From: Methanobacteriota archaeon
Lineage (GTDB): Archaea; Thermoplasmatota; Poseidoniia; Poseidoniales; Poseidoniaceae
Direction: 5' to 3'
Assembly: GCA_002710015.1 (NCBI GenBank)
Contig: PAOW01000026.1
Span: forward strand, 1-46,352
Length of the DNA stretch: 46,352 nucleotides
The notes below the pieces were generated by a model, which made no database searches, was not told the DNA's origin, and saw only the letters and a list, made by a program, of their open reading frames with translations. This document shows, one piece after another, positions 18,143 to 27,168 of this stretch (the stretch's first letter is position 1; every line of letters starts with the position of its first letter). The translations under genes and the position numbers were made by a program.

Positions 18143-18664
18143 TTATACTTCAACAACGTGGAAGATGTCGTGCTTCTGGTCACCACCGCTCTCGATTTTC
18201 TCGTAGTAGCCTTCTATGATTAATTCCTCAAAGACTTCCAGGTAGGCATCTTCCTCTTCGATATCTCCAGCTTCGAAATCGACTTTTTGAATGCTCCAAA
18301 TGTCTTTTCTCTTCAGCCTTCGGTTCTGTGGATATTCCTGTTCGAACTTCATTGACTTGTATCTCAAGAATAACTCGACATGGCATTGAAGTTGGTCCTT
18401 TAGTTCTGCTTTCTTTTCTTTCTGTTGTTCTTCTTCCACAGATAGTTCTGCCAGTTCAACGTGTGCTTGTCCTACTATGTCTGCAATTTTGTCTAGGTTT
18501 ATCTCCATCTCAGGGTCCCAGAGTGGAAATTGATCATAATTTTCTCTATACATCAAATCGATTTCTAACCTAAAATCATCGTACTCTACATCTAACTCAT
18601 GCTGGGTGATGTAATGGTCAAAGTTAACTTCCAAAATAGCGTCATATAAATCCTGAGTGTTCAT
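18143..18664 (-). CDS. Acidic hypothetical protein (about 173 aa)
   Basis: The ORF track gives 18143..18766. ATG at 18664 (MNTQDLYDAILEV) follows a GGCAGGAGAG RBS-like sequence and is the more likely start. Strongly D/E-rich and helical. Confidence 0.7.
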   Translation of the reverse strand: MNTQDLYDAILEVNFDHYITQHELDVEYDDFRLEIDLMYRENYDQFPLWDPEMEINLDKIADIVGQAHVELAELSVEEEQQKEKKAELKDQLQCHVELFLRYKSMKFEQEYPQNRRLKRKDIWSIQKVDFEAGDIEEEDAYLEVFEELIIEGYYEKIESGGDQKHDIFHVVEV

Positions 18665-18818
18665 ACAATTTCTCTCCTGCCCAACGGCTTTTCTTTGCCG
18701 TCCGAAGCGGTCTAAGAATATTTCTGAAATACTGCAACGAGGGGTTATAAATCTACGTAAAAACATGTGTCAAATGTTGTCGCCACAAGGGCGGAATTTA
18801 ACCACTGGTTTTCTCAAA

Positions 18819-20720
18819 TCAAAGAGAGTTAATCGCTTCTTCATGATGGCTCAAAAGGTTACGTAATTTGACCTTCATGGAAGGTGTCATCATGTCGTTG
18901 TCTACACTCCACTCTACTGGGTCAAGGATGATGTTTCTTGCAACTTCATATCCTTTCCATTTAGGAGCAATCATATTGTTTTCCTTGAGGTTCGATAGCA
19001 ACCATGTCTTAACTCCCTCATCTGCGCACATTGCGACATTGTCAGCAGGGACGGAAACTCCAGCAGCTCCAGCAGCGGCTCTTAGAGCATCCAAAGCAGG
19101 ATGAACAATCAGGTAGGTGTTCTTCATGTTACGACCATCTAATACAGCCTGCTCAACAAGTGGGCTGAGTTTGAGGTTTTCTTCTAGTGGTGCAGGAGAT
19201 ACATACTTTCCATTCTCCAACTTGAATTGGCTCTTTACACGACCAGTAATAGATAGGTATCCATCTACCATCTTTCCAAGGTCACCTGTTCTGAATCCTC
19301 CATCCTCTGTCATAACCTCAGCAGTAGCTTCAGGTAGGTTCCAATAGCCCTGCATTACGTTTGGACCGTATACTATGACCTCACCTTCATCCGGTCTGTC
19401 AGGATCGTCCCAAGCACTCTTATCGATTTCAACACGAATTCCGTTGGCAGGCATACCAACTGTATTCAATCTCGACATTCCTTTGCCCATCCAACCGTTA
19501 GCAGCAACTAGGGGGCTGGTCTCCGTGAGTCCATATCCTTCATAGCAGTTGAAACCGACTTTCTGGATAAATGCTGCAACATCTGGTGATAGCGCAGCTG
19601 CTCCGGAGAGACAGAATCTGATGTTACCACCAAATCGTGCGCGAACCTTCGACCAAACGAGTTTGTCCCATTTCTTATCCCAGAACTTTGTAGGTGTTAC
19701 TGCATCACATTGGACACCTGCCTTTGCAATTCTTTCTTCTGCGGCTTTCTGTGCCTTGCCAACAAATAATTTTTTGAGTCCTTTTGCTTCTGAGAATTGG
19801 GTATTCACCTTGTCGTAGAATTTATTCCAAACTCGAGGAACTGCAAGGAGAGCAGCAGGCTTGATTTCCATACACTCATCTGCGATCTTGGTCAAATCAG
19901 AAATCAGGTTGATGTGAACTCCCATTCTAATCATCCAATGCAGGTCAAAGGTTGAACCAAATGAGTGAGCCCAAGGCAGGAAAGCTGCGTTTTTGTCACC
20001 AGGATATAATTCGAAAACACCTTGAACACAAAGGACATTTGACAATGTGTTCCAATTGGATAGCATGACTCCCTTGGGGTTGCCAGTGGTTCCAGATGTG
20101 TAAATCAGAGTAGAAAGTGCTGTGGGGTCATCTGCTATTTCTTTCAGATCTTCCCCACTCCTACCAGCGCTAACTAGATCGCTCCATGAGCGGACTTCAA
20201 TACCTTCAGGAGGTATTTCATTAGGTGGTTCATCTCCAATAAGAATGACGCCAGATGATGGCCATGAATCAGCATCCAATGCTCCACACAATTTGTCAAG
20301 AACTTCAGTGTTTGCAACTGCTACAACCTTTGGTGTTGCATCTTTGAGTATGTATGCCCAATCATCTCCGTGTTGGTGTGTATACATTGCAGTGTAAGCA
20401 GCTCCCAAGGCATTAGCTCCGTATGACAGAGCAGCCCATTCAACCGAGTTATCAAGGATGATTGCGACTCTATCTCCTTTTTCAACGCCGATGTCTCTTA
20501 GTCCCTTTGCAACAGAGGTAGATAATTCACCAAACTCATTGTAGGTAAGGTGCATCCTTTCTCCGCCGTATCTTGGTATGTAACCAAAACACAGATCTTC
20601 TCCGAATCTGTCTTGGCTAACTTTTAGCATTTGGTAGAGTGTTCTAGGATCATCGCCTTCAGGCTTTATCCACTGTCTGTCGTCAGGCTGTCTCGGCCAA
20701 GCCATTTCTTTCTGTGCCAT
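18819..20720 (-). CDS. fadD: Long-chain fatty acid--CoA ligase
   Basis: AMP-binding motifs IYTSGTTGNPKGVML, EGYGLTETSP, FRTGDLG, ITGRVK..FKLENGKYVSP, MTPSMKVK. Confidence 0.92.
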   Translation of the reverse strand: MAQKEMAWPRQPDDRQWIKPEGDDPRTLYQMLKVSQDRFGEDLCFGYIPRYGGERMHLTYNEFGELSTSVAKGLRDIGVEKGDRVAIILDNSVEWAALSYGANALGAAYTAMYTHQHGDDWAYILKDATPKVVAVANTEVLDKLCGALDADSWPSSGVILIGDEPPNEIPPEGIEVRSWSDLVSAGRSGEDLKEIADDPTALSTLIYTSGTTGNPKGVMLSNWNTLSNVLCVQGVFELYPGDKNAAFLPWAHSFGSTFDLHWMIRMGVHINLISDLTKIADECMEIKPAALLAVPRVWNKFYDKVNTQFSEAKGLKKLFVGKAQKAAEERIAKAGVQCDAVTPTKFWDKKWDKLVWSKVRARFGGNIRFCLSGAAALSPDVAAFIQKVGFNCYEGYGLTETSPLVAANGWMGKGMSRLNTVGMPANGIRVEIDKSAWDDPDRPDEGEVIVYGPNVMQGYWNLPEATAEVMTEDGGFRTGDLGKMVDGYLSITGRVKSQFKLENGKYVSPAPLEENLKLSPLVEQAVLDGRNMKNTYLIVHPALDALRAAAGAAGVSVPADNVAMCADEGVKTWLLSNLKENNMIAPKWKGYEVARNIILDPVEWSVDNDMMTPSMKVKLRNLLSHHEEAINSL

Positions 20721-20743
20721 GACTAAGACGTGTCATGTTTATG

Positions 20744-21472
20744 TTATGAATCCTCTGCCAGCAGAATTTTTGAAACATTATCACGCCAATCCTTACCATC
20801 GTTTCTATTTGCCAATGGCGATGCAGGTGAGGGATGCCAGCATGTTGTAATTTCAATATCCAAGTCGCTGAGAGCCAAATTTGCTCTTCTTTCAGCATAT
20901 TTACCCACTCCAATCACTCTCTCTATTTCCAAATAATCTACAACGCTTCTAAGGTGGTCATCACAAGATTTCAAGAGAGACTTTACAGATTTCCCGCTTA
21001 TATTATCGGGTGTAATATTTCTACCAGTATCGCCCAAAAGTAGAAGAGGGCAGTGATTTACTAAGAACACATTTTTGTGAATGTTATTGGGTGTAGACCA
21101 TATGTCCTTTAGCAGATTCCATAGCCTTGTTCCACTGACCTCTTGTCTTTCAAATTCCAAACCTTGAACGGGCCTTTTCGGGTGTCTGTTTGGAGGATCT
21201 GTGAATCCTCCTTTGATATTTAGGAAATTTTTCGCAATTTCTGTTGCGCCGAACGGAACACCACACTGGGCCATCCCATACGGGCCAGGGTTCATTCCCA
21301 ATAGAAGTGTTTTAGCGCCTAGATTGCTGTATTGGGAAAGGTAAGACTCATGATACTCCCATGCATAATTCAGCGGGTTGGTAACATAGGAAACATTCGT
21401 CTCTTTTATGATAGATTTTGCAAGTAAATCACATTTTTTGGAGAGTTTTCTTGCATAATCAATGACACTCAT
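20744..21472 (-). CDS. smug1: SMUG1-type (family 3) uracil-DNA glycosylase
   Basis: NPLNYAW; GMNPGPYGMAQCGVPFG; EVSGTRLW; NHCPL; NITPD; HPSPASP.AN. Confidence 0.9.
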   Translation of the reverse strand: MSVIDYARKLSKKCDLLAKSIIKETNVSYVTNPLNYAWEYHESYLSQYSNLGAKTLLLGMNPGPYGMAQCGVPFGATEIAKNFLNIKGGFTDPPNRHPKRPVQGLEFERQEVSGTRLWNLLKDIWSTPNNIHKNVFLVNHCPLLLLGDTGRNITPDNISGKSVKSLLKSCDDHLRSVVDYLEIERVIGVGKYAERRANLALSDLDIEITTCWHPSPASPLANRNDGKDWRDNVSKILLAEDS

Positions 21473-21565
21473 ATTCTGTACTCATCAAGCGACTCGTCAA
21501 AAACTCCTCGCTGAAACAAGTGTGGCTAGCAACACCGCTCATAGAATGTTAAAGAATACATACGC

Positions 21566-21574
21566 ATAAATATA
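21566..21574 (+). promoter_or_regulatory. TATA-like box upstream of HMG-CoA synthase
   Basis: ATAAATATA about 22-30 nt before GTG/ATG at 21593/21596, the spacing expected for a leaderless archaeal transcript. Confidence 0.3.
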
Positions 21575-21592
21575 CAACGGGCCGCACTTGAA

Positions 21593-23146
21593 GTGATGAG
21601 AACCAAAGTCGGTATCGATGATATGGCTCTTCATTTCCCTAGATTATACATGGACATGGAGGACTTCGCAGAGATGCGAGGGGCAGATTATGGAAAGCTG
21701 AACAAAGGGTTAGGATTAGCTGCAATGGCTATTCCTGATGTCCATGAAGATACAGCAACAATGGGTGCTAACGCTGTCTGCCGATTGATTGACAGAAATG
21801 GATTGAATCCAAGACAGATAGGAAGGATATACCTAGGAACAGAGTCTGCACTTGATGGAGCAAAACCAACTGCTACCTACATTGTAGATATGCTAACTCA
21901 CAGATACGGTGAAAGATTTGGTGAGGATTGCTTTAGAGGCTGCGATGTAGTCGATATGACATTTGCATGTATTGGAGCAGTTGATGCGCTTCACAATACC
22001 CTTGATTGGGTTGCTCGTGGCGGCGAATCAGAAGACAGAATGGGAATCGTAGTGTTTTCAGACAACGCAAAATACGATCTCGAATCCTCCGGAGAATACA
22101 CTCAGGGCGCAGGAGGAGGAGCGCTTTTGGTTAGGCACAATCCTCGATTAATCGTAATCCCTGACCGCTGGGGGGTTTCAACCACACCAGTGCATGACTT
22201 TTTCAAACCTAGAAGAGAAGTGTCAATTCAGAGTGTCATAGACCACGTATTGCAACTTGCTGCTGAGGCAGGTGCAACGATTAGAGATGGAATGGCTGAA
22301 GCCATGATTAAGCACTTGCCTGAATCAACTGTCCGACGTCTAGGTATATTTGCTCACGGTGAAGAAAACGTAAAGGTTCACAGGGATGAACCGGTTTTCG
22401 ATGGTCAGTTTTCAAACAGATGTTACCGAGAAGCAGTGAAGCAAGCTTTCACGCACTTTTGTGAGAAATCAATCGCTCAAGGAAGATTTGATCCTGAGTT
22501 AGACATCATCCTCACTGAGCAGTGGGCTCGAATAATAATGCACTTGCCTTATGCTTTCCAAGCAAAGAGAATGTTCCCCGATGTCTTTAGACACGATAGG
22601 CAACACCTAGATTCCTGGAAAGACATTGAAGCTGAAATTGGTAATGTTCCGTTGGAAAGTGACTTTGATACCGAGGCTGAATTTGAAAGCGCAATGGACA
22701 AGTATCGCCGTTCAATATCAAAAACTGAAGCATTCAAACAATTCGTTGAAGACAGAATTGAGAAAGGTCAGAGAGCATCATCGCTCATCGGTAATCAATA
22801 TACAGGTTCAATATTCCTAGCTCTAATGTCTACATTTGAAGCGGATTATGAAGAAAATGCGAACCTAGACAACGTTACTCTTGGATTGTGTGGTTATGGA
22901 TCTGGTGCTAAAGCTAAGGTTTTCGAAGCTGAGGTTCAGCCTACATGGAGAGAAATCGCAAGCCGATGGAATTTATTCGAGAGACTCGAAGGCAGAATTG
23001 CTATCGACAAAATTCAGTATGAAGCCCTACACAAGGGACTTGCGAAGGAATCAATCATCACACCTCAAGGCGAATTTGCACTTGTTGAGGTTGGTGACGA
23101 AGGTGTTGAAGAAGGCATGCGAACGTATGCCTGGGTCGATGAGTGA
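21593..23146 (+). CDS. mvaS: Hydroxymethylglutaryl-CoA synthase (bacterial-type)
   Basis: VGIDD; GTESALDGAKP (catalytic Glu); FACIGA (catalytic Cys); GEYTQGAGG; MHLPY (His); GNQYTGS; YGSG. Confidence 0.9.
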   Translation: MMRTKVGIDDMALHFPRLYMDMEDFAEMRGADYGKLNKGLGLAAMAIPDVHEDTATMGANAVCRLIDRNGLNPRQIGRIYLGTESALDGAKPTATYIVDMLTHRYGERFGEDCFRGCDVVDMTFACIGAVDALHNTLDWVARGGESEDRMGIVVFSDNAKYDLESSGEYTQGAGGGALLVRHNPRLIVIPDRWGVSTTPVHDFFKPRREVSIQSVIDHVLQLAAEAGATIRDGMAEAMIKHLPESTVRRLGIFAHGEENVKVHRDEPVFDGQFSNRCYREAVKQAFTHFCEKSIAQGRFDPELDIILTEQWARIIMHLPYAFQAKRMFPDVFRHDRQHLDSWKDIEAEIGNVPLESDFDTEAEFESAMDKYRRSISKTEAFKQFVEDRIEKGQRASSLIGNQYTGSIFLALMSTFEADYEENANLDNVTLGLCGYGSGAKAKVFEAEVQPTWREIASRWNLFERLEGRIAIDKIQYEALHKGLAKESIITPQGEFALVEVGDEGVEEGMRTYAWVDE

Positions 23147-23147
23147 G

Positions 23148-24887
23148 TCAAATTAAAACTCTGTTGACATCTACCAAGTCAGGGATTTGGACCTTTGCGG
23201 ATTTGAACCAATCCTCGAGGTTTTCGAATGGTTTTCCTTTTGACAGAGACTTCGCTCTGGAACCTATTAGATTCCAAGCACCCTTAGATGATATTCCTGG
23301 TATTGCTGCTAATTGCTTTTCAGTGGCAGTTCTCCAATCTATTCCCGTTTGTATCCCAGTGATTGAGCGAGCACCGTGTCCAGTGACCATTATTTGCGAA
23401 TATGATTCTAAGGGAGCCAGATAGTTCATTCCAACAAGAATTGGATATGCTCCGATTTGTCTGCCGAATGTGATACCCGCTTTACCGGTTATTGAGGCAT
23501 CCCGTGCCTCGTCATTCAGATGCCTCGGTAGACGAGTTCTTCCGTCATGGGACTCCCACCAAACATCATCAATTACAGACCCAAGAGGGAGTATCTCTTT
23601 GAGAATTGGTCCGTCAAATTCTTGCCTAACAGTTTCCTTGAAAGATCTGAAATCATTGCTATCGACCTCTTGGAAACCCTTACCCTCAACCTGGCGGATA
23701 TTCACTCTTCTAATCATGTGGCCTTCTGATTTTAGCTCTCTCAACAAGGATAGGTTGTAATCGTACGACTGCTTTGTTTCTCCCTTCAGTCCTGCAATAA
23801 AGTTGAGTCCAGGAAGAAGTTTTGGCAATCCTCTCTCTCCTTTTTCACTACCATGTTTGTTAATCAGGGCAATAGCGGATTTCAATTGGCCAGAATCACA
23901 ATTCAACCAGTTTGCTTTGTGAACTTCAGGGTCGGCCGATTCCAATCCAAATGACAACACTGCTCCATCGGAAAGCGTTTCAACCAGAGATTTTGTTATC
24001 TCCTCTGATTCCTCTAGATGTTCTGCAATTATAGACGGATTTCCATTATCGGTATGGAGAATTTCTAATCTCTCATCCTCTCTCAATCCATACAGAAGTT
24101 TTGCAATCGGTTCAGGGTCGGGTCTTGGATACTCCATTTCAACAACCCCCTCTGCTTTGTAGGTGTATGTGTCAGTCATACCACCTAAACGGACATGTCT
24201 TACACCCATATCATGAGCGATTGAAACCTCTTTGATTATGTCTTCAGGATCTCTCCAAATTGGGATACCTTTCTTAGGTTCAATGCAGAATTTACATCCC
24301 CGTTTGAATCGAACACACCCTTGATACACCTCTACCTCATATGTCAAGGGTCCAGATAGGTCTGGATTGTCTGTAACGGCTTTCGATTTAGCGCCTGCTT
24401 GAGCCCAAGCAGTCCACTGCTCTGCTGTTCTACGATTATGCCTCCATTCTCCAGTTTCAAGGTAGTTTGAAAGAGTTGCATCTGTATCTTTTAACGCCAA
24501 AAACAGATTGTGCCTTAGAGGACTCCAACCTTGGTTTTTCCAACCTCTTATCGCCCATCCTCCACATAGAATAGGAGTTTCATTTGGCGTGTTAGAAATT
24601 ATTTCTCTAGTTTCCTTCAATGATATTGGAGTGCCACGTAGATACTTACCGGGAACTACCGCTCCTGCAAGAATTATCACTCCAAGCCTATTTTCTAGGT
24701 TTGGAGGATTTATTCTAAACGAGTCAATTGGACAATACTCGTACTCCAAATTTTTACTTTCTAAAACACCGCAAATATATCTGATATGGAATCCAACATA
24801 TGGTGGAACACCAAAAGCAGCTGGCTCGTCTTCGTAACCGTCAATTACGAGCCAGGAGGACTCCTCCGACTCGGTCATTTGACTCAC
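23148..24887 (-). CDS. Archaeal radical SAM protein with C-terminal HhH (COG1031-like)
   Basis: IDGYEDEPAAFGVPPY; GCVRFKRGCKFCIEP; FGLESAD; PGLNFIAGL; TFGRQIGAYPILVG; RSITG; QLAAIPGIS. Confidence 0.85.
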   Translation of the reverse strand: MSQMTESEESSWLVIDGYEDEPAAFGVPPYVGFHIRYICGVLESKNLEYEYCPIDSFRINPPNLENRLGVIILAGAVVPGKYLRGTPISLKETREIISNTPNETPILCGGWAIRGWKNQGWSPLRHNLFLALKDTDATLSNYLETGEWRHNRRTAEQWTAWAQAGAKSKAVTDNPDLSGPLTYEVEVYQGCVRFKRGCKFCIEPKKGIPIWRDPEDIIKEVSIAHDMGVRHVRLGGMTDTYTYKAEGVVEMEYPRPDPEPIAKLLYGLREDERLEILHTDNGNPSIIAEHLEESEEITKSLVETLSDGAVLSFGLESADPEVHKANWLNCDSGQLKSAIALINKHGSEKGERGLPKLLPGLNFIAGLKGETKQSYDYNLSLLRELKSEGHMIRRVNIRQVEGKGFQEVDSNDFRSFKETVRQEFDGPILKEILPLGSVIDDVWWESHDGRTRLPRHLNDEARDASITGKAGITFGRQIGAYPILVGMNYLAPLESYSQIMVTGHGARSITGIQTGIDWRTATEKQLAAIPGISSKGAWNLIGSRAKSLSKGKPFENLEDWFKSAKVQIPDLVDVNRVLI

Positions 24888-24888
24888 C

Positions 24889-26283
24889 TCAATCCCGCTT
24901 AGGGCGGCGTTTCTTTTTCTTAGAATCTTCTTCTTCTTCAGCGATTGCTCTTAGTTCTCTAGCAGATTTGGCGTTTTTGCCACCCTTGTTGCCATCTCTG
25001 TTATCTCGCTTGAAACCACTTGGTTTTGCCATGTCGACCCTAATGCTTCTTCCCATAAGTTCGGAGCCGTTTAGTTTCTTAGCAACTTCTTGCCCACTTC
25101 CTTTGGGTTTTATTGTAACGAATGCGAACGCTTTCTTTCGTCCAGATTTGTCAGTAGCCCATTGAACATGCACACTCTCACAATGTGCTGCAAAGTGATC
25201 TTGCAGGTCCTTTTCACTAGCTTTGAAGGGTAGATTGCCAACATACAACCTATCACCATCCGGTTTTTCCCTGCGTGGTTTTTGCTCTCTTGGTGCATCT
25301 GCATCCCTAACGCCGATTCTGCGGCCATTGATTTTTTCACCATTTAGCGCTTCAGCAGCCTTGTCTGCCATTTCCTTCTTCTCGTAGGTTACAAAACCAA
25401 AGCCTCGTAGGTTTCCATCATCATCTCTCATGAGTGCGAAGTCAGTAATTTTACCGTGATTGTTGAACATTTCACGTATTTTGTCCTCATCAGCATCTCT
25501 AGATAGACCTCCAACGAACAACTTACAGCCAGGTGCTGCATTGCGCCTTTGACCTCTACCTCCTTGTCCGCCTTCACCTTCGAATTTGAAGTAAACTCGC
25601 TCACTTCCGTCTTCTCTGACATCTTCAGCAATGAAGGTCGCACGTCCAGCGCTACCCTTAGCGAATCTGGCTTCAGCTTCACTTCCCCAGCGCTTGCCTG
25701 AGCCGTTTAGGGAAGCCATACCGGTTTTTCCACCGTAATCATCTGCAAGGGCTCTGAATGCTTTATCTCCACAAACTGGACATAGCACATTCCAATCTCC
25801 GTTTGATTGAGCGTCAAAGGTTGCACCACATGATGGACATATAGCGTGTAAAACTCCACACGAATCATCCTCTCTCATGTCAATGCGAACTACGTTTCCA
25901 ACCTCAATCACTTTCGCTCTAACGATATCCCTTCGCCTTAATCCGTCTGCGGTATTGTGAAGAAATCTGTCACAGATTTTTGTCACATGGAACTGAGCGT
26001 ATTCTTGGTCTGCCATTATTGATCTGTTTGATTTTCCCTCAACACTTAGGATTTTGATTTCGCCTGATTTTTCGTTTAGTTTTACAACTTCTCCAATAAC
26101 CAAATCATCTACTTCAACTCTGAGCAAAGCGTTGTGGGTCTCGATACTAATCATTCCATCTGATTCAACAAGGTTGCCTGTTAATAGCGCGATTATGTCA
26201 CCGTCTTTTTCTTCTACTCCGGCACCCATTGTGTTAGTTTCAATGTTGCCAACTACGGTTCCGGGAGTTACTATTGTACTCAT
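24889..26283 (-). CDS. csl4: Exosome cap subunit Csl4 fused to two RRM domains
   Basis: N-terminal IVTPG, S1 domain (DLVIGEV...DIVRAKVI) and Zn ribbon (GVLHAICPSCG...CPVCG..RALADDYG). RRM1 has KLFVGGL/RGFGFVTY, RRM2 has RLYVGNL/KAFAFVTI, followed by a basic tail. Confidence 0.88.
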   Translation of the reverse strand: MSTIVTPGTVVGNIETNTMGAGVEEKDGDIIALLTGNLVESDGMISIETHNALLRVEVDDLVIGEVVKLNEKSGEIKILSVEGKSNRSIMADQEYAQFHVTKICDRFLHNTADGLRRRDIVRAKVIEVGNVVRIDMREDDSCGVLHAICPSCGATFDAQSNGDWNVLCPVCGDKAFRALADDYGGKTGMASLNGSGKRWGSEAEARFAKGSAGRATFIAEDVREDGSERVYFKFEGEGGQGGRGQRRNAAPGCKLFVGGLSRDADEDKIREMFNNHGKITDFALMRDDDGNLRGFGFVTYEKKEMADKAAEALNGEKINGRRIGVRDADAPREQKPRREKPDGDRLYVGNLPFKASEKDLQDHFAAHCESVHVQWATDKSGRKKAFAFVTIKPKGSGQEVAKKLNGSELMGRSIRVDMAKPSGFKRDNRDGNKGGKNAKSARELRAIAEEEEDSKKKKRRPKRD

Positions 26284-26369
26284 GTTATCACGCTCATATT
26301 TTGGAATTCGCCACCGAGGCGAATGGATTGGGATGTTAGACGCTGATGCCTCTTACTTTTGAATCTCTC

Positions 26370-26930
26370 TCATCTTGCGATTCTTATGCATTTAATTTCA
26401 GTCGTGCCCATTTTCTTTGTATGGTGACCATATCTGGCTGGTATTCTGAAATCTCCACTTAAGATAACCTGCCCATCGGGAAGATGATTTGCAGACGAAC
26501 TGTGCATTATGTGGACTATTGGAGCGCAATCCATTGCTGCCTCGATGAAGACTCTGTCAGCACCATGCTTTTGCACACCCCAGGGAGGGTTTGTGATTAC
26601 TATGTCTGCCTTTGGAATATTCACCTCTCCCACAAAACCACAAATTGTATCTCCTAAACTTTCACACAATCTGCTGGCGTCAGGGTCACACTCTACAAAT
26701 GTTACATCAGCTCCAAGAAGTTGCGCACCATGACCTAATATTCCATTTCCAGCGCCAAGGTCTACTACCTTTTTTCCTTCAAATCCATCTATGGTGTCTA
26801 TTTTGTGTAACCACATTGCTGCTAAGTCACCCTCAGTTTGATATTGCTCTAATGAAATATCATTACATGGATGCGGTGGTAGTTTTGATAGGCTTATCGC
26901 CAAGTGGCGAAGTTTCAATTTTATCACCAA
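26370..26930 (-). CDS. METTL5-like N6-adenine RNA methyltransferase
   Basis: LEQYQT; VVDLGAGNGILG; ITNPPWG; GADRVF; YGHH. It is the usual neighbour of csl4 in archaea. Confidence 0.85.
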   Translation of the reverse strand: MVIKLKLRHLAISLSKLPPHPCNDISLEQYQTEGDLAAMWLHKIDTIDGFEGKKVVDLGAGNGILGHGAQLLGADVTFVECDPDASRLCESLGDTICGFVGEVNIPKADIVITNPPWGVQKHGADRVFIEAAMDCAPIVHIMHSSSANHLPDGQVILSGDFRIPARYGHHTKKMGTTEIKCIRIAR

Positions 26931-27130
26931 CGTCGTTGCTGATTTTGCTGTTGATTGTAATTCATGCCCTGCATTCGCTGAGCTTGAATCTGTTGTGTTT
27001 GGAATCGAATTGCTTCGGCTTCCATTCTGAGTCTAGCAATCAGTTGCTCACCAGGTTGCTGACTACCACAAAATCTGCAAAATTTGGTCCCGTCAGCCTG
27101 CATTTGCCCGCAATTAGTGCAGAAAGCCAT
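26924..27130 (-). CDS. Small zinc-ribbon protein with Gln-rich tail
   Basis: MAFCTNCG...KFCRFCG followed by a Q/N-rich helix. ATG at 27130 is preferred over the TTG at 27172. Confidence 0.75.
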   Translation of the reverse strand: MAFCTNCGQMQADGTKFCRFCGSQQPGEQLIARLRMEAEAIRFQTQQIQAQRMQGMNYNQQQNQQRRW

Positions 27131-27168
27131 AGATATCCCATCCTCCCCTAGATTTTTAATCCTCGCAT

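Noticed and set aside
18665-18766. N-terminal extension of the acidic ORF (MFLRRFITP...)
   Set aside because: Its composition differs from the rest of the protein, and a better RBS + ATG lies at 18664.
17570-18818. tRNA or ncRNA, or an integration site, in the intergenic gaps at the island edge
   Set aside because: No cloverleaf or T-loop motif, direct repeats or integrase could be identified by eye.
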